Source: Amphiscolops sp. MND2022 (taxonomy: Eukaryota). From it: a DNA stretch of 64,000 bases. Below the pieces are notes generated by a model. That model made no database searches, was not told where the DNA came from, and saw nothing but the letters and a program-made list of their open reading frames with translations. The stretch spans positions 46,934,001-46,998,000 of the forward strand of contig OZ076417.1 of assembly GCA_964187785.1 (NCBI GenBank), written 5' to 3'. A program made the position numbers and the translations under genes. The number at the start of each line of letters is the position of its first letter. The stretch's first letter is position 1. This document shows positions 22,406 through 36,129 of this stretch, piece by piece.

Positions 22406-25400
22406 AACTCGCTTCCTTGACTTTATAAACATGAAATTTTTCTGTTGAAAATGCTGACACCTTCGGAAATACGAAAGCCCGTGAAAGCGAGTAAAGTTCA
22501 AAACGTAATACTCTTTCTAGTTTCGAGCCCTGGCTGATGCGTTACATTTTTAGCGGAAAATATCCCGGTGCTTAGCTGGCGTCTTGTTAAAAAATATACC
22601 ACACCTTGCCTAATACTACATTATGGCATTCACTTTTGAAAGCCTTGATAAAACTTGAAGCGACAACATGAAGTATTTATAATCAGAATGTAATTGTTTG
22701 ATTGGTAATTTGTGTGCTGTTCGAGCCACAATGGGCAATATTTCTTTCAATTTTCATTCGCTTTTTGTAGCTTGTCTCTGGAAACGTTCGGAAAGGTCTT
22801 CCATCATTGCACACATTCTCGGCCCTCTTGATCAGATTTTGCCAAGATCCTTAACAACGGTTTATGAAATGTGAAACTCTTGTCAATGCTCATACTTTGC
22901 TTGTAAATCACATCAGCAAATTGTAATGGAAATCTAATCTTTTATGGCTTCGTAGCCGATACACTCACGTTGTACTCACACTTTGATTACTGAACGATCA
23001 AACTAAGCGAACAATCGTTTGTGAAATACGACGCCGAAGATGACACTAGTTTATAAAATGACTTAAGTTAGTCTGCATCGATTTCGCTGTAAGTTTGAAG
23101 AAATATCAGCTGATTTCAAAAATACAATTGATGCACAATGAAAAGTGGAAAACTTGTCGCCACTTTCGATGAATCGTTCGAGCACTTTCATGACGGTCGA
23201 ATATATGTTGGAAATATTAACACATTGAAAAGGCGTGAAAAATGTATGCAATCAAAACGAAACCTTCAAAAATAAGTTAAAATGTTAAAAAGTTCAAGCA
23301 ATTTGAACAAGGGTGGCCACCACAAACGGTGTCGTTCTCAGTGTACTCGCCACCGGTGAGGTTGCGACGGGAAACACTGGCGGGAAACACTGGGACCACG
23401 GTTGGACTACCTCGGATTGTTACTCTAATCGTCTTCATTTGTTTGTCTATGTGTCTCTGATTTGATTCGCTGATATGTCTCGTCGCATGCTAGAAAGTCT
23501 CCGAACTTTCATTGATTGGTTCCATTTAATACACGACACTAAAATACTTTTCCGCGTATGTTTAACAACTTCGCCTCATTCTGGTGTAGCTGGAACATAT
23601 ACCATCTTTCAACAATGCCCCTTTCAATATACGAACATCTATGTCCTGTTTGGATACATACAGACGCGGTTGAGTGGGTGATAAGCTAAAGATACAAAGG
23701 TTTTTCACTGATTTATTTGACTTAGATTGGAGTTTCTTTTGCAAGGTTGAAATCATCAACAGAGTTTGTCGTCGGAAATGATCAAACTCTAGATGAGAGT
23801 GCAGCAATAGCTGGCATTGACAAAATTTTCGAATTTTCCTCCATTGTCAGCAGGCGGCGATACACAAGGTTTACACGGGTTTCCTAGTTAGCTATTTCTA
23901 CGCAATTGAGAAAATTTTGATTCAAGTGTTACAGTGATAATAAATTAGATGGATATAGAAACATTTTTTTTCCAGTTATAAAACCTAAGTTTCTTGTTCC
24001 GAAAAAAATGTTTTAAAAATTACGATTTGGAAGGTTTTCTACTCTTGAAGCAACAATTCACTCATCTTCGGTGCTTAAAAGTCTGAACATGAAGCGACAC
24101 AAATAATATTGTCCTGAAACAACTTAATCGTTAGTGTTTTTTGATAAACAATTTTTAAAGAATGAAGGATGTCTAGAGACCATTTCTTTTGCAATTGTAT
24201 GTGGTTGTTTATATATAATTATAAATTATAAAACAAATGAACACATGTATGCATAGCATAGATTCCAAACCCTGCAAAATTGTTTGCTTCAAAAATGTTG
24301 CTTTTAGGATACAGAGCAAAAGAACAACTAGAAATGACTGATATTAGAATTGTCTTGTAAGTGTTGGAAAAATCTCGTGAACCTAAGAAAATATCACTAG
24401 ATTGTGGTTAGTTTATTATCACCATTACCAAGCAAACGTACAGAACGATCCAAAAACTGATGCATCAAAAAATTGGGCATATTGGAAAATTCAGAATGTT
24501 GAAAAGTATATCAACAGTTTAATTGCTTTAGTTCTTCTAGTACATGAATTAGCGGAGCTGAGACAAATTTCAGACTCCTACGATTCATTTGACGTCAAGT
24601 TGACGCTATCAATTAGCGGAGCTCAAACTAACGATTTCTGTTTTCAACAATTCAGCACCTCTCATACGCTTTTTCATTTTCTATTGTCATTTCATCTAGT
24701 TAGTGCTTCATTCCAATATTTGTTTCGCAATTTTCGAAGAGAAAAAAGCAGAAATATAGCTCATTATTTCTCTTTGCAAATTGTAACCGCGAGTCTTTTT
24801 GGCCTAGATCTGGCTTTATCTACTGAGCAGTACATTTTATCTCCAGAAAAGAAATCTCAGAATTCCACTCAGTCTGTTACTGCTAATAATACCGAAAGAC
24901 ATGCTCATAAGACCACCACCTAACCAACTTTCAAAAAAATCCAAGATAGAAAAGTTGAGTTTAGCCAAAATAAAACGATCAATTCCCAGTCCCCAAGTCA
25001 ATGGGAAAGGGAAAAGTAAAGTTTTCAAAGATATCCGCCTCTGTAGACAGCAATCGTTCACCAGCAATTCCTTGCGTAGGTATTGAAAACCCTGTCAGAC
25101 CCTCATTTTGTTTTTGCACTCTTTTCCCCGCGCCTCTTTGCTGTCTGTTTCTTGGGCAAAATGGCGACTGGCAGTTAAAAACTGTGGTTTTAACATTTCT
25201 GTCGCTGGTTATTGTTTCACAAAATGTTCATGCACCATTTTTGGAGATTTCTATCCAAGCAGCCAAGAAACTAAGATGATACGCAGATTGTATGTTGCAG
25301 GTTTAGTAGAAAATAATGAAACGATAAGCGGCGCGAGGGAACGCACTTCAAGCACAAGACGAGATTGTGTCTTTCTACCAATGGCCATGAGATATCCATA

Positions 25401-25748
25401 GGTTGTTATCGCCCTTGTTGACAGAAGAAGCTTTACTCGTAAGGATCCTGCAAGAATTTTCAAAATTTTTCAGAATAATGCGTTTTTTTCTCAACAAGGG
25501 CGTTGGGTTGTCTTGGAGTCGGTTTGTGGCTTCACATGCAATGTCATTGGAAAGATGGGAAATATCACAATGCTAATGATACTTAGGCTCTCTAAACTTA
25601 TGCCCGCCTAAATCGAAACCTTGCTTCACCATTCCATCGATGATTCTAAACTCTCTGAGCAAAATTGAACACGAAATCATGTTTTTGTTTGATTCAATGT
25701 TTCTCAGATACTCCATCTTTCAGATTGCACTGAGAATAGCTGCCAAAA

Positions 25749-25903
25749 ATGACGCAACAATTCATTAACTACTCGGAGTGCGAAATCTTGGAACACGAAG
25801 AAGAAGACGAATGGTGGAAGTTCAATTTCACTACTTCTGAACCTAGTTTTGAGATGCCTTTGTGGATTGCGAAGTTGAAAGATGTGGCGTCACCTGTTAT
25901 TTG
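25749..25903 (+). CDS. Candidate first coding exon of an unidentified host gene (possibly a GPCR-like N-terminus)
   Basis: AAAATG start after a TTTCAG acceptor; MTQQFINYSECEILEHEEEDEWWKFNFTTSEPSFEMPLWIAKLKDVASPVIW with two N-glycosylation sequons; ends at TG|GTATGT donor. No downstream exon assigned. Confidence 0.3.
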
Positions 25904-28551
25904 GTATGTCACACATGTTCAGGTGATAGCTTTTTTTCTACAGACAGTCAAAAACGCCTACTACTGTTCGCCGATTTGATAAAAGGAAGAACGTTAGGTT
26001 TTAAAAAAGGGTTTAAAAAGGTGTAAAAAAAGGTTTGAAATCAATTTAAAAACAAAGTGTATGTGGGATTTTAGACTTTTGGTGTCTACGAAAAGCCCAT
26101 GACATTGCGCGAAGTCCAGAATTTAGACAAAATTATGTTAAACACGTTTTTGGACCGTCTGATTAGTAAAAGCAGCTGAAAAGGCTGTTATAGCATGTTT
26201 TGTTAGGGCTCATTGGCTAACTCGGTGTATACTTAATTAGACGATACTTTTCACCCCTTAAATACGAAGTAAGATCGACGTCAACATCGTAATTGTCCGA
26301 GTCGGTTAAGTGAAATTTTTTCCCTTAAAACGCATTTCACGAAGTTCCACTTTAAGTCGAAAATATTCTAACTAAAAACCCTAAATGGTTCACACGAATT
26401 TCTCAAAGACTGTCAATATTGGAGACCTGACAATTGGCACACGTATACCTGAGCTGTTATGATACTTGTTTATTAAAATGGAACGGAGCCGGAACCCGCA
26501 GTTTCGAGCTATCTGCACCGGAAGGGCACAAGGTCAACCCCCTACGAGAGTGGCGATGAAACTCGGAATAAGTCAGATATATATTGGAATTGATAGCCCA
26601 TAGGATATTAAGCCGTTTGCGTATATTTTCGGAGCCCGCTATAGTTTTTTAAGCACACGGAAACGGACGCGCGTGCGCGTGCCCAACCTATAGAAGACAT
26701 TTGACCTTGGCTTGTAATACCTCAATTGAACCGCAATAACGAGTGCAGTCGATTGCTAGTGTGAACGAAACCGTTTTTGTGACCTATGCGGGAGTATTCG
26801 CCTTAAGTAAATAAACCATACGCATATCATGTACCTCAGGGACCACTGACCCTAAAACCAAAAAACATGGCATGTAGCAACTCCGGATGAGTACAAATAA
26901 CTTCAAAGCCACAGACGAACCTCAAGGACATTTCTGTGGCGACCCTTGAATACATAGAAAATGTATCTTAAGACATGTAAAGTTTTGTCTTTGCGTGATA
27001 TATCAGCCAGGAGAGAAAATTCGCGATGCAATGTGTGCTTATAACGATGGAAGGGTATCTCACACGTAGCGAACATGTAAACCATGTAATTGAAGGGTCA
27101 TTGGGTGACTCTCTCGAGATTATAAAAATCTTTAGTTACTTAAAAAATCTTAGAATGCGACCTTCGCAAAGATGTATAATTATTTGTCATTTGCGGCAAA
27201 TAATGTTCAGTTTAGGTACATATGTTGGCGTTCGCCCGGCCTAGTATGATAGAAAGTAAAGATGGGATCACCAGAAACACGTGCGATGAATAAACACGAT
27301 TGAGGCGGAATTGAAACAACTGGAATAGACATAACCGAGTTAGAGAGCTCCAAGCATGGTGACCCACGAGACGGGGGCAAGAAACTTGGCTTAGCGAAAA
27401 GAACTGATTCGTCGTGAGCTGGAGATAGGAATTCTACAAGTCGAGATCTTGCGTTTTGCACTTCCACACAATTGGCTGAATCGCTAATAGTTGTTTTTTA
27501 TTGCTGTTGAAGAACCAAATTTGGCTGTTTTTGAAAAAAAATTATTCCAATATTGCTCCAACTTTCTTAGTCTTTCGTAGAGAGCCGAACAACTTGAGCA
27601 ACGGGAGACACTTTGCGTAAACGATAGAAAGAGCCAAACTAACGAACCGAAATTTTTTTCTGATAGAGTTAGATTTTTGGGAACCTCTCTACGACCTGCA
27701 ATATACATTTTCTATAGTTGCGCTTCTGGGTGCTCATTTCGTAAAATTGCTATTGTGTTACAGTTTGTTACTTGGATTTTACTTTTACTCGTTGACTGGG
27801 AGATTAATCAAAATCAGAGAAGAGAATTGTTGGAGGTGGCCATGCAGGCATTCGACCACGCTATTAACAGCCAGTACAATCGCATGTTCAGCAATTACAC
27901 CCTCAGACCACCCCGGTTGTCTTCCGATGCCTATACAGTTTCTGTCCAATGGAAATTACACTTCGTCGCAGTCACCGATGCTAATACGTGGACCCAACTA
28001 CAAGCTATTGATGCACTCCTAATAGCCTACGCCACCTCCTCAGTGTAACGCAAAGCTCGGATATAACGTCAAAAGTTCGGATATATCGTTTCACTCCGGA
28101 TACTATATCAGAATTCCGTAAACTATTGAAAAACAGTATTTGTGAGTTTATGAAGAACGTGTTTTCAGACTTCAAAAAAAACATTTGAAACAAGCTCATA
28201 GCGCAAAAATGTAAAAGGGCGCACAGTGCTAAAAAAAGAGGGGACAATACAGTTTTCATCGGGTTGGTATTTTACGTTAAGAATGTGGACATAGTGGAAG
28301 GGGAACACTTCGCACTAACTTAGATGCGTCTCCGCTTGCCGGTCCAGTAGTTTCGTAGTTAGGTACAAATTTTCTACCTAGCATAAATTCTGGTATTGGA
28401 CAAAAAGTCGCGCTGCCAAAAATGCGCCAACTAAAAATGAAACAATTTAATGTCGTGAGGTCCCTTGAAACGTCGAAAAATGAAACTTAGAACAACAGTT
28501 CACTAAACTGTGCGGTGATTAAACAAATGTAACGGATCCTCAAAATTGCAA

Positions 28552-30190
28552 TGTCGCAGGCTGCAGCCTGTGACGGACCAAGGATAACTACTTCAGCAGT
28601 CGGACGAGAAGCGCAACAGGTACTCTGCCGATATACTAAAACTTTGCAAAGCCTTGAATGAAACTTAATCTATCAGGTACTACTTTCGTATAGTACGATT
28701 TGATATTTTGTACTATTAGTCTGGTAACAATTGTTAGATCATTCAGATTGAAGTATGAATTGCTTAAAGCGTTGGAATGGAAAAAATACGATTGCAATGC
28801 AAAAGTGATTTACTGTGTAGAAGTGCGGAAACGATTTCAAATGAGCTCCCGTACTTCTACGGCAGCGAGACTATCCGGCGAACAAACAACCAATCACAGC
28901 TCTTCAAAGATGGGCGCAGAAATATTATTCGCTGATTAGGGCCACTTGACTATGCTTTGATGATGCTTGATTGGAATTAGGCAATTGGCCGGTGCCAGCC
29001 AGAATATGTATTGATACCATTATTCTGCAGATAATGCTTTTATTTCCTTTAATGAGAGCGCAAGTGTTATTAACGTAATGAAATGCAATGAGTATTTATG
29101 TTTGATGTGAATATTACTTAGTTTATATGAAGTTGTAAGTACTAGTCCTTGGACCGGTTCCAGCTATTGTTTGGAACGTGACACAGTGCTAAATGGTCAG
29201 ATTTGGTTACAACACTAAATTAACCCCTCACGTGTAATTTGAAAATCACTCTGTTCAAATAGGTTTTTATGTCTCACGTCAGCGCATACCTGAGAATGAT
29301 GATGAATATTTGTAATACCTTTCACTATTTGTTGACACTCTGAGGAGTTGTTTTGATTGATAGTGATAAGCTATTTTTTTGAAGTTGCCTTCAAAAGGTA
29401 AAATGAACATTCTGAGAACTCCCCGTTGCTTTGATGTTCATCGACGTCGAAGGTCAGGTGACCTTTCAAGTGCACAATAACCAGGATTCATGTGATTTTA
29501 CTTCAATTGATGAAATTATTAAACAATTGATGATTGCAAAATTGTGAGTGCCATGCCTTAAATGGTTTATATACCTCCAGTTCCATGAGATTGACACAGT
29601 TTTCCGAACAGCTTTCCGTGTTCAAGACGTTTAATAAAAATTCAATTTCCGATATAATATTTCCAATATCATTATCGGATATGTTTATGCCTCCTACAAG
29701 TAAGCAGAAGGGTAACGCTAGAAAATCAAGAGATGCTGATATGATTTCAGACATTGAAAACGTACACATTTGGCTAGGCAGTAATCATCTAGAGAGCGAA
29801 AGAAGCGGACTCAGCAACTCTGTCCGTAGGCGTGAACGTTCTAGTTACAATGCATTGGTGAATCACGATGTTAATTCTCACTCGAATTCAAGAGAAGTTG
29901 AGAATATGGGTTATGCTGGAAACGGCCAGAACTGAAAAGAATTTGACTTCAGTAGTGAAATTAATAGGTTTTCTGGGGAACTGAACCAAAGGATCACTCA
30001 AGAAATGATTGATCTAATGAGTAGTGTGAGCTCACAAATTCAGAGAGCTATAAATGAGGCTATAAAGTCCCTAGCAGAAGACCCGAATGTAGATCTGAAG
30101 ATGCCCTAAACCGCAAATTCAGAAGCAATTCGTAAGATGTGCTTCTTAGAGACTTCAATAGAAACGCAGATCTAGGGAATACTCGATATA
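28552..30190 (+). repeat. 5' LTR of element B (~1.64 kb) containing TATA, AATAAA and the gag start
   Basis: TATATA 29568-29573, AATAAA 29633-29638, ATG (MPPTSKQKG...) 29687; LTR ends immediately before TGGGGACAGGAG. Roughly 80-87% similar by eye to 42079-43808. Confidence 0.75.
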
Positions 30191-31741
30191 TGGGGACAGG
30201 AGACAACGAATCTCCAAATCCGGTTCCCGAGATTCTCAGGGGGCACATTCATCCCACCACGAACGGTACTTAAACGCTCCAATTGCGATTACAATAAATC
30301 TCTTAATGTGACATTACATACTCCAGAACAAAACCCTTCAATGGCCGCACAAGAATCAAACCACAGACTAGCCGATGTACTAATTATTCTGCAAAATCGA
30401 CCAACAGCCCTACAACATCTCACTATCCCCTCAGTCAACTCCAAGTTTGACCTTTTTGAAGATTGTTTCCATACGATGATCAAGATTCCACAGGAAACGT
30501 CAGAGCAGAACTTAACCGTTTTCATTCACTTTTCCGCAGAGGAGATCTACCAACTTTTCGAAACATCAACAAGATTAATCAACGAACTCTCGAGGACGTA
30601 TCAGTCATTTTCAGGCGCAAATACGTAAAACCAGAATCCCAACTGCCAATCACAAATCGCACCATCTGGTCTTCGACCCCAATACAATGAAATTACCAGA
30701 CTTCCTCGAAGAGTTAAGTCAAGGGGCAGAAAAAGCGTTTGAGAGAATACTCAAAAAATGATTGACAACCTCCGCTATGCAAAACTGCCAGAAAAACTCA
30801 AAAGATCACTCAACAAGGGCCGTGTTGGGAATGGTTCGTAGGTTGAAATTGTTGCCCATTTTGAGGAGGAATTGAAGCTTAACGCTCTGGAGGAAGCGGA
30901 TGACTTGTCAATGGCAGGAGTGACTTCCTTAACATCTAAACCCAAAAGCCTTTTTCCTATGGACTACTCATTGACACCGTCTGCAACCATTGCAAGGAAA
31001 AGCGTCATATGGTGAAAAGCTGCGAGAAACTCAGAAAGAAAAAAGAAAAAGATGCCCAAAAAGGCAATTAAACTGCAAACTGGAAAGAAAACTTATTCTA
31101 AATGTGAAACTTGTGGCAAAACAAAAAACCCCGAGGAACAATGTTGGCGAGGTGCAGGCGCGCATCTCGAGCCTAAACACAACAGGCCTGAAGACTCATC
31201 GGAGAACAATCTGAACTCAAAAGCGCAAAAATCTCAATATAATTCACATCGTCCAGCTCCCAGTCCTCATCACAAGAGGAGAAATCAAAAATTAATTTAG
31301 CCCCAACATAACCATTAGTATCAGTGCGACACTGTGTCAGATCTGATCCTTCAACCAAAGTTTTCCACAAAAATCAACAAAAACTTAGGGGTATCCCTCT
31401 GTTGTCTGGCACCAACTCTCATCACATACAATAACACCCATCTATACAAAAACCAATTCCTGGCCAACCAATATGGTACCCTGATCACACAATAAACGTC
31501 ATTAAAGGATGCCCAGAAGGGCAAAGCAACTCAGAGGAAATTCTACCCTGTGTGTGGAACTTGTGGCAAGAAAAATCATCCAGAAGACCGATGTTGGGAA
31601 GGTGCACATCTCAAGCCTAAACGAACTAGGCCTGAAGACACATGGGACATTAATGTGGAATCGAAAGCACCGAAAGCTCACCATACCTCCACATGGTCCA
31701 ACTCCGAGACCACATCAAAAAAAGACGATTCAAAAAACTAA
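29687..31741 (+). pseudogene. gag: gag remnant of element B (first copy; second copy ~33182-35227)
   Basis: Fragments SKFDLFED.FHTMIK (cf. C: EKFELFEDLFRNNIK) and knuckle CGTCGKKNHPEDRCW (cf. C: CDTCGKMHKTENCW); ends AAAAAAC-TAA at 31732-31741. Confidence 0.8.
30191..30202 (+). promoter_or_regulatory. PBS of element B (TGGGGACAGGAG); duplicate at 33677-33688
   Basis: 11/12 match to the element C PBS TGGTGACAGGAG, at the point where homology to the 3' LTR stops. Confidence 0.75.
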
Positions 31742-32153
31742 TTCTCCAAAACCCCCACCTAGTATCAGCCTGAGTTTGCGTATACTAATCAAAATCACTA
31801 ACGTACACACTTTGCGGAAGTGAATTCCAGGCAAAATGTGTACCAGGTTAGAAAGAAATGGATGAAAGCTTCACAGTGGAAAACAGTCAAAGTAATCACT
31901 AGCTTTCAGACTATGATTGTTTTTCACTTTGAAAGTGAATTCCAGTCAAATTGTGTACCAGGTTAAAGTGTAAAACAATCAATTTCCGTCTTCGTGTGTG
32001 AAGTGGAAACCAGTCAAGTTACCTAATTGTAGAGAGTGTAAAGTAGTTATTTACTTTATTTCGATCACTACGCGTAACAAATATCACACAGTGTAACGAG
32101 CAAAACTCGTAACGCGTATCAGAAATAATAACGCGTTTCTATTGGCTGTTAAT

Positions 32154-32179
32154 CGAACTAGCAAGATCTTGCTAGTTCG
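32154..32179. repeat. Perfect 26-bp palindrome CGAACTAGCAAGATCTTGCTAGTTCG (copy at 35640-35665)
   Basis: Read directly; lies near the 3' end of a ~430-bp insertion (~31769-32200). Confidence 0.95.
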
Positions 32180-35100
32180 TTGCGGCATATATATTGTAAT
32201 GAGTTCGACAATACGTCAGATCTGATCTTCGAAGCAAAATATTTCACGATTACCAAGAAAAAAGATGGGGTATTTCTCTGTTGTCTGGCAGCAACAGATG
32301 GAGAAGGCAATTCCCATCACCTATAATAACACCCATCTGTACCGAAAACCAAGTGCTATTTGGGATCCTGATTACACCACAAACTTCAAACCGATTCAGG
32401 CACATTCCCCCCAATGATGACTACAACCCAACATACACCGACCCGGACAGTGGCAGAAATCCCTACTGGGACACCGAACTTTACAACCAGGACTTACTGC
32501 AGTTCCAGCACAATCTTGATGATATTGAACTCTACGAGAGATCAGCGCACGAAAATCTCCAAATGAAAAACAATTCCAAAAGATTTGTGTAACCAAAGAA
32601 TGTGAATATTACTTAGTTTATGTGAAGTTGTAATTACTAGTCCTTGGACCGGTTCCAGCTATTATTTGGAACGTGACACAGTGCTAGTTGGTCAGATTTG
32701 GTTACAACACTAAATTAACCCCTCACATGTAATTTGAAAATCACTCTGTTCACATAGGCTTTTATGTCTCACGTCAGCGCATACCTGAGATTGATGATGC
32801 ATATTTGTAAAACCTTTTACTATTTGTTGACACTCTGAAGAGTTGTTTTGATTGATAGTGACAAACTATTTGTTTGAAGTTGCCTTCAAAAGGTAAAATG
32901 ACCATTCTGAGAACTCCCCGTTGCTTTGATGTTCATCGACGTCGAAGGTCAGGTGACCTTTCAAGTGCACAATAACCAGGATTCATGTGATTTTACTTCA
33001 ATTGATGTAATTATTAAACAATTGATGACTGCAAAATTGTGAGTGTCATTCCTTAAAGGGTTTAAATACCTCCAGTTCCATGAGATTGACACAGTTTTCC
33101 GAACAGCTTTCCGTTTTCAAGACGGTTAATAAAAATTCAATTTCCGATATATTATTTCCAATATCACTATCGGATATGTTTATGCCTCCTACAAGTCAGC
33201 AAAAGGGTAACGCTAGAAAATCAAGAGATGCCGATATGTTATCTGACATTGAAAACGTAGAAATTTGGCTAGGCAGTAATCATCTAGAGAGAGAAAGAAG
33301 CAACTCTGTCCGTAGGCGTGAACGTCCTAGTTACAATGCATTGGTGAACCACGATGTTAATTCTCACTCGAATTCAAGAGATGTTGAGAATGTGGGTTAT
33401 GCTGGAAACGGCCAGAACTGAAGAGAATTTGACTTCAGTAGTGAAATTAATAGGTTTTCTGGGGAACTGAACCAAAGGATCACTCACGAAATGATTGATC
33501 TAATGAGTAGTGTGAGCTCACAAATTCAGAGACCTATAAATGAGGCTATAAAGTCCCTAGCAGAAGACCCGAATGTAGATCTGAAGATGCCCTAAACCGC
33601 AAATTCAGAAGTAATTCGTAAGATGTGCTTCTTAGAGACTCCAATAGAAACGAAGATCTAGAGAATACTCAATACATGGGGACAGGAGACAACGAATCTC
33701 CAAATCCTGTTACCGAGATTCTCAGGGGGCACATCCATCCCACCACGAACGGTACTTAAACGCTCCAATTGCGATTACAATAAATCACTTAATGCGACAT
33801 TACATACTCCAGAACAAAACCCTTCAATGGCCGCACAAGAATCAAACCACAGACTAGCCGATGTACTAATTAATCTGCAGCATCGACCAACAGCCCTACA
33901 ACATCTCACAATCCCCTCAGTCTACTCCAAGTTTGACCTTTTTGAAGATCGTTTCCATACGATGATCAAGATTCAAGAGGAAATGTCAGAGCAGAACTTA
34001 ACCGTTTTCATTCATTTTTCCGCAGAGGAGATCTACAAACTTTTCGAAACATCAACAAGAATAATCAACAAACTCTCGAGGACGTATCAGTCATTTTCAG
34101 GCGCAAATACGTAAAACCAGAATCCCAACTGCCAATCACAAATGGCACCATCTAGTCTTCGACCCCAATACGATGAAATTACCAGACTTCCTCGAAGAGT
34201 TGAGTCAAGGGGCAGAAAAAGCGTTTGAGAGAAAGCTCAAAAAATGATTGACAACCTCCTCTATGCAAAACTGCCACAAAAACTCAAAAGATCACTCAAC
34301 AAGGCCCGTGTTGGGAATGGTTCGTAGGTTGAAATTGTTGCCCATTTTGAGGAGGAAGTGAAGCTTAACGCTCTGGAGGAAGCGGATGACTTGTCAATGG
34401 CAGGAGTGACTTCCTTAACATCTAAACCCAAAAGCCTTTTTCCTATGGACTACTCATCGACACCGTCTGCAACCATTGCAAGGAAAAGCGTCATATGGTC
34501 AAAGACTGCGAGAAACTCAGAAAGAAAAAAGAAAAAGATGCCCAAAAAGGCAATTAAGCTGCAAACTGGAAAGAAAACTTATTCTAAATGTGGAACTTGT
34601 GGCAAAACAAAAAACCCCGAGGAAAAATGTTGGCGAGGTGCAGGCGCGCATCTCGAGCCTAAACACAACAGGCCTGAAGACTCATCGGAGAACAATCTGA
34701 ACTCAAAAGCGCAAAAATCTCAATATAATTCACATCGTCCAGCTCCCAGTCCTCATCACAAGAGGAGAAATCAAAAATTAATTTAGCCCCAACATAACCA
34801 TTAGTATCAGTGCGACACTGTGTCAGATCTAATCCTTCAACCAAAGTTTTCCACAAAAATCAACAAAAACTTAGGGGTATCCCTCTGTTGTCTGGCACCA
34901 ACTCTCATCACATACAATAACACCCATCTATACAAAAACCAATTCCTGGCCAACCAATATGGTACCCTGATCACACAATAAACTTCATTAAAGGATGCCC
35001 AGAAGGGCAAAGCAACTCAGAGGAAATTCTACCCTGTGTGTGGAACTTGTGGCAAGAAAAATCATCCAGAAGACCGATGTTGGCAAGGTGCACATCTCAA

Positions 35101-36129
35101 GCCTAAACGAACTAGGCCTGAAGACACATGGGACATTAATGTGGAATCGAAAGCACCGAAAGCTCACCATACCTCCACATGGTCCAACTCCGAGACCACA
35201 TCAAAAAAAGACGATTCAAAAAACTAATTCTCCAAAACCCCCACCTAGTATCAGCCTGAGTTTGCGTATCCTAATCAAAATCACTAACGTACACACTTTG
35301 CGGAAGTAAATTCCAGGCAAAATGTGTACCAGGTTAGAAAGAAAATGATGAAAGCTTCACAGTGGAAAACAGTCAAGGTAATCACTAGCTTACACACTTT
35401 GATTGTTTTTCACTTTGAAAGTGAATTCCAGTCAAATTGTGTACCAGGTTAAAGTGTAAAACAATCAATTTCCGTCTTCGTGTGTGAAGTGGAAACCAGT
35501 CAAGTTACCTAATTGTAGAGAGTGTAAAGTAGTCATTTACTTTATTTCAATCACTATGCGTAACAAATATCACACAGTGTAACGAGCAAAACTCGTAACG
35601 CGTATCAGAAATAATAACGCGTTTCTATTGGCTGTTAATCGAACTAGCAAGATCTTGCTAGTTCGTTGCGGCATATGTATTGTAATGAGTGCGACAATAC
35701 GTCAGATCTGATCTTCGAAGCAAAATATTTCACGAATACCAACAAAAAATGATGGGGTATTCCTCTGTTGTCTGGCAGCAACAGATGGAGAAGGCAATTC
35801 TCATCACCTATAACAACACCCATCTGTACTGGAAACCAAGTGCTTTTTGGGATCCTGATTACACCACAAACTTCAACCCGATTCAGGCACATTCCCCCCA
35901 ATGATGACTACAACCCAACATACACCGACCCGGACAATGGCAGAAATCCCTACTGGGACACCGAACTTTACAACCAGGACTTACTGCAGTTCCAGCACGT
36001 TCTTGATGATATTGAACTCTACGAGAGATCAGCGCACGAAAATCTCCAAATGAGAAACAATTCCAAAACATTTGTGTAACCAAAGAAGGTGAACCTGACT
36101 CTATACCACTCTCTACCAATATCTACCTA

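Larger units (their letters stand above)
29106..36087 (+). repeat. Head-to-tail tandem duplication, units 29106-32600 and 32601-36087
   Basis: Both units start TGTGAATATTACTTAGTTTAT and end ATTTGTGTAACCAAAGAA; paired ORFs in the track (29534/33080, 31052/34358, 31509/34995, 32281/35768) are near-identical. Confidence 0.95.

Noticed and set aside
24402-25401. ORFs of 173, 92 and 97 aa
   Set aside because: Non-ATG or weak starts, AT-rich low-information translation, no recognisable domain.
27677-28048. 123-aa ORF faintly like a Cys-loop channel N-terminus (NY.LRPP...V.V)
   Set aside because: Similarity limited to a few residues, no Cys loop or further exons found; cannot be supported without a search.
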